DNA of 64,000 nucleotides from Escherichia coli (GTDB lineage Bacteria; Pseudomonadota; Gammaproteobacteria; Enterobacterales; Enterobacteriaceae): NCBI RefSeq assembly GCF_030013205.1, contig NZ_CP122648.1; one strand, 5' to 3'. Shown piece by piece: positions 57,693 to 64,000 of this stretch (position 1 is its first letter; each line of letters starts with the position of its first letter). The notes under the pieces were generated by a model. It saw only the letters and a program-made list of their open reading frames with translations, ran no database searches and was not told where the DNA came from. The position numbers and the translations under genes were made by a program.

Positions 57693-58436
57693 TTATTCTT
57701 GAGCGGAGCCAGAACTCATCTCACTGAATGCAGCCATCCTGTAACCTTCCGGGGTGACCCCAAAATAACGCCTGAATACACTGATAAAATAAGATGTATT
57801 ATTATAGCCACACTGCACAGCGATTCTGTTGATGGCACAGCTATATTGATGCAACAGCATTGCTGCCATTCTCATTCTCTCCGTAAGCAACAACTCACTG
57901 AAACATGTGCCTTCTTCTTTCAGTCTTTTTTTTAACAAACTTTCACTCATACATAACCGTGATGACACATCTCGCAGAGTCCAGTTTGCTGCAATGTCTG
58001 TATGAAACAACGCACCAAGCCTGCCGCTGATAGTACTGATACACGCGGTCATAAACGACGAAAACATTTTATCTGATGAAAAAAACGCCAGACACGAAAA
58101 GGAAAGCATTTCCGCTAAATTGTCCGTATGAATCTTTTCCTCATAAAGATAATCAATCAGGATGCCCATCAATTCTGGCCTGGGAAAACTCATGCAAAGA
58201 TATCGTGGCATTTTCCGGACTAAAACAACATCCTGTTTTACCCCACTACGCAACAGGTAACGGCTAATTGTCGATTCACTGAGACTTATACGCCGAAAAC
58301 ATTCAGAAAAGGGCAATAACGGTCCAGCCCCTCCCCTGACAAGAAGTGCACTACCACTTTCCAGAGAGAGTACTTTTCCTTCGAAGAGCACAACAAACGG
58401 GGAATGAACAAAAATAACAGAACAGGCCTCATTCAT
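57693..58436 (-). CDS. AraC/XylS-family transcriptional regulator (prophage cargo; start assigned at MNEACSV)
   Basis: C-terminal dual-HTH AraC domain (..WTLRDVSSRLCMSESLLKKRLKEEG.. / ..AVQCGYNNTSYFISVFRRYFGVTPEGYR); AT-rich; divergent from the two-gene cassette. Confidence 0.8.
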   Translation of the reverse strand: MNEACSVIFVHSPFVVLFEGKVLSLESGSALLVRGGAGPLLPFSECFRRISLSESTISRYLLRSGVKQDVVLVRKMPRYLCMSFPRPELMGILIDYLYEEKIHTDNLAEMLSFSCLAFFSSDKMFSSFMTACISTISGRLGALFHTDIAANWTLRDVSSRLCMSESLLKKRLKEEGTCFSELLLTERMRMAAMLLHQYSCAINRIAVQCGYNNTSYFISVFRRYFGVTPEGYRMAAFSEMSSGSAQE

Positions 58437-58715
58437 ATCAATATCCCTGACATTACTGGTCGCAAGATAAGTATATATCACTTTACAAAAATGCAAGCCG
58501 TGAGCCCCGAATTCACGACCACCAGCGTGTTTACTGTACTGCACCAGGTTTACAGGTACAAAAAACCGCTCGACGGCGGGTTTAAGCTGTGTGGCGAAGT
58601 AACCACTCTTAACAGATTAAGATAAAATTTGCGGACCGCGGTAATTTTTTTTGCTAAATTAAAGCCATATAAAAAATAAGATCCATAAGAAATTATTAGT
58701 ATACTAAGGTTTAAC

Positions 58716-59657
58716 ATGGCTACTATTGCGCAATCAAAGAAACAAAAAAAACTTAAAATTGGTTTTTACACCAGCAGTTCTGGGACTATCCGCAGCCATT
58801 CAGTTGCTAAGCAAGCAATTGAAAATCTGTATAATACTTGCGTAACCGTTACGAATAATCATTTTGATACCATCTATAGAAATAAAAAGTTAAAAATAGC
58901 TTTTATAAATAAAGATACAAAAGCTAAATATTTCTTCGGCTACATGTCATGCTCACGAGAAGAGTATCTCCTTCCTTATATTGGTGATGAACACTGGAAT
59001 GAGCACAACATACCACTAGATGATAAAAAATACATAGTCGAAAGAACCTATTTTTTATATTATTACGATAGTGATATTTTAATATTAACTCAAAATCATC
59101 TTGGGCCGAAAGAATCGGATTTAGCTTATCTGCTTTACAGCCAGAGTGGTAATCCTGGAAATAACTTTTCATTCCAAGCCATCTGGAAAAAAGAGAGCGT
59201 CAAAGAGCTACTTGAAACAGGAAGTACTTTGAGAAGTTGTGATATTGTCCTGGCTGCTCCCAGGAACTTTGATGCAACAAATTACCAGCTAAATAGTTCA
59301 TTTTCTAAGGAACTGGTAAATATGATGGTAGGGCTGGGTGGAACACGTCTCAAGTTAAATCTAAGGGGACGTGCATCAGGGAGAGTAAAAGTCAAAGGTT
59401 ATTTATCAGATCTCGTTAAGGATGGTATTAAAGAACTCCTTGAAAAAATGCCGGGAATTGTAAAAAAAGCGGCAGTAACACAGCCCAAAAATACCGTTGA
59501 ACAAAGTCTTCTTGATCAGGTACTCATTTCAGAAAAAAACATATATACCGTTAATGGTTATGGCACTGATAGTGATGTTCTGCAAGCCATGATTTCTGCT
59601 AAAATTGATAACAATGAATACCTTAAGCAATACGATATCAGCAAAAAGAAGGTATAG
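58716..59657 (+). CDS. Hypothetical 313-aa soluble protein; candidate sensor component of a RexA/RexB-like two-gene module
   Basis: AT-rich ORF with strong Lys-rich N-terminus, no recognisable catalytic motif; 3-bp gap to a 4-TM partner; position and size comparable to RexA (279 aa). Confidence 0.5.
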   Translation: MATIAQSKKQKKLKIGFYTSSSGTIRSHSVAKQAIENLYNTCVTVTNNHFDTIYRNKKLKIAFINKDTKAKYFFGYMSCSREEYLLPYIGDEHWNEHNIPLDDKKYIVERTYFLYYYDSDILILTQNHLGPKESDLAYLLYSQSGNPGNNFSFQAIWKKESVKELLETGSTLRSCDIVLAAPRNFDATNYQLNSSFSKELVNMMVGLGGTRLKLNLRGRASGRVKVKGYLSDLVKDGIKELLEKMPGIVKKAAVTQPKNTVEQSLLDQVLISEKNIYTVNGYGTDSDVLQAMISAKIDNNEYLKQYDISKKKV

Positions 59658-59660
59658 GAT

Positions 59661-60104
59661 ATGTTATTGAAATACTTAAGAAACCTGATTGTAAGTGTTT
59701 TTTGCACCTTGTTCCTACTGAGGTATATCCCTCAGATGGGGCATGCTGACATACTTACAGCCTCCGGGGTTATTTCAACTGTATCCGGTATTTTATTTGG
59801 TTTTATTTTAGCCACAATATCAATTTTTAGTGCTGCTAGCGAAAACTCAAATGGAATAATAAAAGCATTAAAAAACAACAACATACTTCAAGTTATTATT
59901 GTAAATCTATTAACCGCAGGTGCATCTTTAATTACGGCATGCGTTATTGCTTTGATAGCAATGTTTGCCAATGAAAAGACATTGTTACATGGAGAAAAAA
60001 TAGAATTTATTTTAATTATCGAATCTTTATCTCTTCTTATCATTTCAGTAATAACTTTTGCCTTTACATGGAGAAAAGTAAACTGGATACTCCCCCACAT
60101 TTAA
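59661..60104 (+). CDS. Hypothetical 147-aa four-helix membrane protein; candidate RexB-like effector
   Basis: Four hydrophobic helices (~9-24, 37-59, 75-103, 115-137); size and topology match RexB (144 aa, 4 TM); short motif LLRYIP resembles RexB as I recall it. Confidence 0.5.
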   Translation: MLLKYLRNLIVSVFCTLFLLRYIPQMGHADILTASGVISTVSGILFGFILATISIFSAASENSNGIIKALKNNNILQVIIVNLLTAGASLITACVIALIAMFANEKTLLHGEKIEFILIIESLSLLIISVITFAFTWRKVNWILPHI

Positions 60105-60127
60105 AAAGGGCAGAAATGCCCTTTTTT
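60104..60127. terminator. Bidirectional intrinsic terminator between the cassette and Q
   Basis: AAAAAGGGCA-gaaa-TGCCCTTTTTT. Confidence 0.85.
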
Positions 60128-60490
60128 CTACTCCATTTCAAGTTTAACATCCAGCATTGAAAGGCATCCATCAATAAACCCTTCAGCCATCTGTATCTCT
60201 ATACGTATCAATTTCTCATCTTTTTTGCGAGCTCTTGCAAGCTTTCTTTTCGAGATGCCATACAGGTAATGGGCCACAATCAAAGAATGCTCGTACGGTT
60301 TTCGCTTTTTAAGAAGAGCAAGACAACCTTCAATAATTAATGCATCACTATCTGAACAAGCCTGACGTGTTTTGCTTGTATAGGGAAGAAGCCCTTTAAA
60401 CCCAGCAGCTATAGGAGAATAGTCTACTCCTGAACTATCACTCGCCGCCCATGCTCCCCAACGATCCAGAACCATTTGAATATCACGCAT
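60128..60490 (-). CDS. Late-gene antiterminator Q (phage 21/82-type Q family)
   Basis: MRDIQMVLDRWGAWAA....SPIAAGFKGL... matches the N-terminal signature of lambdoid Q antiterminators; position upstream of lysis genes. Confidence 0.8.
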   Translation of the reverse strand: MRDIQMVLDRWGAWAASDSSGVDYSPIAAGFKGLLPYTSKTRQACSDSDALIIEGCLALLKKRKPYEHSLIVAHYLYGISKRKLARARKKDEKLIRIEIQMAEGFIDGCLSMLDVKLEME

Positions 60491-60507
60491 CAACTTTCTC
60501 CACAAAA

Positions 60508-61503
60508 TCAGGCCAGCACGCCAGTTGCCAGCGCACGATCGATAAAACGAAATATCAGCTCCAGCTGGGAGCCATACCTCTCTTCAAATGTCACGGTATC
60601 CGCATGCAGCTCGTCGTGATGCTTTCTGCACAAAGGCAACACAAAAAGGTCATGCGCTTTTGTTCCCATTCCACCCTGACCGTAACCTATCAGGTGGTGG
60701 GGATCATCAGCGGGCTTTCCACAACATGCACACGGCTGTGTCTTAACCCAGCGCGTGTACTTTTCATTAACCCAGCGGCGACGTTTTGGGCGTAACATAA
60801 AAGACTCCGGCGACTCCGGATCCACTTTCAGCGCCAGCACCTTTTTCGCCTTATCCTGGATGATGCTGGTGGCAGGAACCGAAGGCACAAGGTCACTTTC
60901 CCGGGTGACAGACGGCACAACAGGCTTCGGTAATCTCAGTGCCTTACGGGCTGCACTTTCCGGTAAGGCATCCGCCAGGTCATTACGAATCAGCCACCAG
61001 CACAGTTCCGGCATTGTCACAACGTGACTGTCATCAAAACCGAGATCCCGACGCACAACAGACAACACCCAGCGGGCACAGTTATCCGTTGCCATTGATT
61101 CCAGCCGTTCCGTGAACTGATCGCGCAGCTGGTTATCGCAGTGCCAGCACAGACGGATTGCACCCGGAGCGTGTCGCATTGTGGTCATGTTCTCGCTGTG
61201 CCAGTCGGAATGAGGCCACTGGCAGCCTTTTTTACGAAGTAACCAGCTTTCAAGACATTCCACGCCACCAGCACGACGGATCACTGCCTCATTGCGGAAC
61301 ACGGCCCGAACGGCAGGATCATCCGCCAGCGGTTGTGACGCCGCGGGAACGGCACCACTGGCGAAAGATGAATAATGCTCCGGCTCAGGCTCCAGCAGGA
61401 CACGCCCCTGCATAAACAGGGGCATCAGCTCTGAACCGGGCCTGAACAATACGATCCCCATACGCGGGGCAATTTCAGGGGTCAGTAGTGCTCTCACGGT
61501 CAC
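60508..61503 (-). CDS. DUF968-family phage protein with C-terminal Cys/His (HNH-like) motif (331 aa)
   Basis: C-terminal ..QPCACCGKPADDPHHLIGYGQGG...LPLCRKHHDELH; typical nin-region gene upstream of Q. Confidence 0.6.
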   Translation of the reverse strand: MTVRALLTPEIAPRMGIVLFRPGSELMPLFMQGRVLLEPEPEHYSSFASGAVPAASQPLADDPAVRAVFRNEAVIRRAGGVECLESWLLRKKGCQWPHSDWHSENMTTMRHAPGAIRLCWHCDNQLRDQFTERLESMATDNCARWVLSVVRRDLGFDDSHVVTMPELCWWLIRNDLADALPESAARKALRLPKPVVPSVTRESDLVPSVPATSIIQDKAKKVLALKVDPESPESFMLRPKRRRWVNEKYTRWVKTQPCACCGKPADDPHHLIGYGQGGMGTKAHDLFVLPLCRKHHDELHADTVTFEERYGSQLELIFRFIDRALATGVLA

Positions 61504-61504
61504 C

Positions 61505-62314
61505 TCAATGAACGGTATCGAGCAGCTTTAACAGCTCAGGGAATCGGGATTCGAAGAAATGCGGCTGCGTCTCGCGCGGATTTGCGGGACTGGTGATGTT
61601 CTTGCCGAACATGCAGCCTTTCGCTGTCAGCGACCAGAATTTTTTGATGTTGTTAATCGCGGTACGGCTGTATCGTTCGCGTTGTTCAACGATCCCCAGC
61701 TTCGCCATCTGGTGATATGCCTGATTAGCCGTCAGGCGGATACCATACTGTTTCAGCAGTGCACTCAGCGACAGCGTAGGGCGACTTGAGCCATCAGGCG
61801 CGTCAGCAGGAGCATCAATGGCATAGCGCGGTGCCAGATTCGGTAAGCCAACAGCCTCCTGGAGTTTCTGACAGGCACCAAGCACTGAAGAGTTAGACAG
61901 GTTTAACTCCCTGCGCATAAAGTCCAGCAGAATCACTCCAGCCTGCATCTTGTCAGCAGCCTGCCCGGATAATTTTTCCGGTGCGCTGGTTACCATATCG
62001 AAAGTACGGATCACCTTCAGATGGAATGACGGGCTGATCCACATTGCATAGGCATACACCAGTTCTTTGCAGACATACGTCCCCTGGTTATTTCCGCCAT
62101 TAATGACGCTAACTGGTTGATTTTGTTCCAGAGGCGGAATTCCACCCTCGGTGAAAAGTTGTTCAATCAATTCACAGGTTTGCTTATTGGAGAGCCAGTA
62201 TTTCGGGCGGTTTTTTTGTTCTCCCCCGGCTGCCCTGTGCAGATCGTTCAGGCTGTAACGCCCATAAGCATCACGACGAACTTCAATACCATCAATAACC
62301 ATCAGATTATTCAT
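61505..62314 (-). CDS. KilA-N/Bro-N domain protein (putative antirepressor, 269 aa)
   Basis: N-terminal ..IDGIEVRRDAYGRYSLNDLHRAAGG..PKYWL.. typical of KilA-N DNA-binding domains. Confidence 0.6.
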   Translation of the reverse strand: MNNLMVIDGIEVRRDAYGRYSLNDLHRAAGGEQKNRPKYWLSNKQTCELIEQLFTEGGIPPLEQNQPVSVINGGNNQGTYVCKELVYAYAMWISPSFHLKVIRTFDMVTSAPEKLSGQAADKMQAGVILLDFMRRELNLSNSSVLGACQKLQEAVGLPNLAPRYAIDAPADAPDGSSRPTLSLSALLKQYGIRLTANQAYHQMAKLGIVEQRERYSRTAINNIKKFWSLTAKGCMFGKNITSPANPRETQPHFFESRFPELLKLLDTVH

Positions 62315-62333
62315 ACTTCGTTTCTCCTCTTAA

Positions 62334-62723
62334 TCAGGCGGCTGCACCCGCCGGTTTCTCATACTTACTGATAGTGATCTCGACCTTCCCTTTCGGGATA
62401 ACCGGTCCCCACTCCACCAGCATTCTTTTCACCTGTCTGTCGTCTTCCCACACACCCGCGTGGGTCAGGGCGTCAAACAGCGCCTTGTTATAGTTGTCCA
62501 GATCGCGGATCCGGTTATCCGGAGGAAACAACACGATCTCCACTGAAGCAGGTGCCGACGTTGGTTTCGGCAGACGACGTAACTGCTCAACTATTGCTGC
62601 GCACGCCGCGCTCTGAAATTTTCGCCCCGCCTCGCTTATCAGGCTCTTACCAGCAAATGCCCCTTTGTTGGGGTGTCGCCAGTACGTGTTCACACTGGGC
62701 GGGAAAGGCAGGATCAACTTCAT
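62334..62723 (-). CDS. rusA: Holliday-junction resolvase RusA (129 aa)
   Basis: MKLILPFPPSVNTYWRH...RDLDNYNKALFDALTHAGVWEDDRQV.. matches RusA catalytic Asp motifs. Confidence 0.85.
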   Translation of the reverse strand: MKLILPFPPSVNTYWRHPNKGAFAGKSLISEAGRKFQSAACAAIVEQLRRLPKPTSAPASVEIVLFPPDNRIRDLDNYNKALFDALTHAGVWEDDRQVKRMLVEWGPVIPKGKVEITISKYEKPAGAAA

Positions 62724-63046
62724 ACTTTCAGGCCCCTCTCATGTAACCAGTGGGCTGCACGCAGCCTGGCGTTCTCCTCACCGGCAAGCAGTGCGCGGAT
62801 GATACCGACCGCTTCGCTGTCGTCGTCCTTCACTGCGGTATGAAGCGTTATCCCCCGGGCCACGCCACGCTTTATCGTGATGACGCCTTTTTTCTCCAGT
62901 GCGCGAAGATGCTCCACCGCTGCATTCACCGAACGGTATCCCAGCATGGTTGCCACCTCCTGATTGGTTGGCGGAAAGCCACGCTCTTGCTGGTAAGAAA
63001 TCAGCATATCCAGCACCTGCTGCTGGCATTGAGTTAACGTCGTCAT
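62720..63046 (-). CDS. LexA-like winged-HTH DNA-binding-domain-only protein (108 aa; no S24 peptidase domain)
   Basis: MTTLTQCQQQVLDMLISYQQERGFPPTNQEVATMLGYRSVNAAVEHLRALEKKGVITIKRGVARGITL is collinear with the LexA N-terminal domain (..[65 protein letters not shown]); ORF ends after ~108 aa. Confidence 0.7.
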   Translation of the reverse strand: MTTLTQCQQQVLDMLISYQQERGFPPTNQEVATMLGYRSVNAAVEHLRALEKKGVITIKRGVARGITLHTAVKDDDSEAVGIIRALLAGEENARLRAAHWLHERGLKV

Positions 63047-63696
63047 GCCGCCATCTCCCTGACAAGTTTTTCTGCCTGCTGGCGAACCTGCGCCAGAAAC
63101 GCCTCACCACATGCCTCAAGTTCATCGCGCCCGATGTAGCTGATTGCCGGTCCCTTCCAGGTCTTGTCGAAAACAGCAATAGCACCAGCGAAGAAAGCGC
63201 CTGTCGGCACCTGCTTCTCATCCTTCGGGATAAACCAGGCAGGCAGTTCAAAACCAATACGCCCGCGAATAAAAGCAATATGGTCCGCATCTTCCGGCCA
63301 CCACACTTCGCTGGTGGCAGCTTTGATCAGGAAAACATAGCGCCCGCCCTTATCACGCATGGCACTGGCATGTTTCATGATGTAACGCATGCCGGTGATG
63401 TATTGCCCCTCATGCTGACTGGCGCGGCTGTATGGGGGATTACCAAAGGCAGCACCTTTAAGCTCCGCAAGACGTTCTGACCAGTCATGCGCCAGCGCGT
63501 TGTCTTCCGCCGTGTAATACGCGGCACATTTGGCGTTATCACCGTCAGTGAACAGATCCAGAACAAACGGACCAAACAAGGTGTTAATTCCCCAGAAAAT
63601 GTTGTCCGGCGTGCGCCACTGATCGCCCACTTCCTTCAGTTCATGGGCTGGTTTGTTCCGCAGTTCTACCAGCGCCTGGCAATATTTATTACTCAT
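63043..63696 (-). CDS. Phage N6-adenine DNA methyltransferase (Dam-like, 217 aa)
   Basis: GNPPYS catalytic tetrapeptide (NPPY motif IV) and phage-Dam-like N-terminus (..WRTPDNIFWGINTLFGPFVLDLF..). Confidence 0.75.
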   Translation of the reverse strand: MSNKYCQALVELRNKPAHELKEVGDQWRTPDNIFWGINTLFGPFVLDLFTDGDNAKCAAYYTAEDNALAHDWSERLAELKGAAFGNPPYSRASQHEGQYITGMRYIMKHASAMRDKGGRYVFLIKAATSEVWWPEDADHIAFIRGRIGFELPAWFIPKDEKQVPTGAFFAGAIAVFDKTWKGPAISYIGRDELEACGEAFLAQVRQQAEKLVREMAA

Positions 63697-64000
63697 TAAG
63701 CCCCCACGTAAAAAGCATCCGCAATGTCTCCGGAAGTACAGCCCGGATGGGCTTCAATGAATTTCTGAACGTCATTTAACAGACTCATGATCACCCCCTG
63801 AATCCTGCCGGGATCTGGCTGTAGTCCACGTTGTCGTAACTGGCTTTGAAGTACGGGTCTTCACGTTTTTCTGTGTGCGTGCTGACGGACGGCGATAAGC
63901 GCAGGGAAAGCTCATCCCATTTTTCCCGCAACTTCGACGGGCTGAGCACGTTACGGCACCAGAACGGATCGCGGCTGACGCGGCTGTACATCTCGCAGAT

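Noticed and set aside
63791-63991. 66-aa minus-strand ORF at the window edge with a ..VDYSQIPAGFRG motif faintly resembling the Q antiterminator N-terminus
   Set aside because: Too short and truncated by the window edge; the resemblance is a few residues only and cannot be assessed without the sequence beyond 64000.

Overview
Enterobacterial (E. coli-like) chromosome in two parts. Positions 1-41100 are conserved core genome: mdtN(partial)-mdtO-mdtP, the selenoprotein gene fdhF (in-frame UGA at 4376-4378 plus SECIS), yjcO, gltP, the nrfABCDEFG operon (minus strand), acs-yjcH-actP, yjcF, yjcE, ghxP, divergent soxR/soxS, pdeC, yjcB, divergent ssb/uvrA with a shared LexA box, yjbR, yjbQ, aphA, tyrB, alr, dnaB, qorA, pspG and dusA. 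Positions ~41100-64000 (continuing past the window end) are a lambdoid prophage integrated at the 5' end of dusA. It is probably defective: a truncated terminase large-subunit gene abuts a truncated tape-measure gene, and no head or major tail genes are present. It carries an integrase, an SOS-boxed dinI-like gene, tail tip genes M-L-K-I-J with side tail fibre genes, a lysis cassette, a tRNA-Gly(UCC), Q, RusA, a LexA DNA-binding-domain-only protein and a Dam-like methyltransferase. The most interesting cargo is in the Q-to-holin moron position: an AraC-family regulator divergent from an AT-rich two-gene cassette (313-aa soluble protein plus 147-aa four-helix membrane protein) whose architecture resembles RexA/RexB-type abortive-infection modules. 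A second cargo gene is a periplasmic Ais/PmrG-like histidine phosphatase between endolysin and terminase. All calls rest on reading the six-frame translations and the DNA by eye; no database search was run and reference sequences are quoted from memory.
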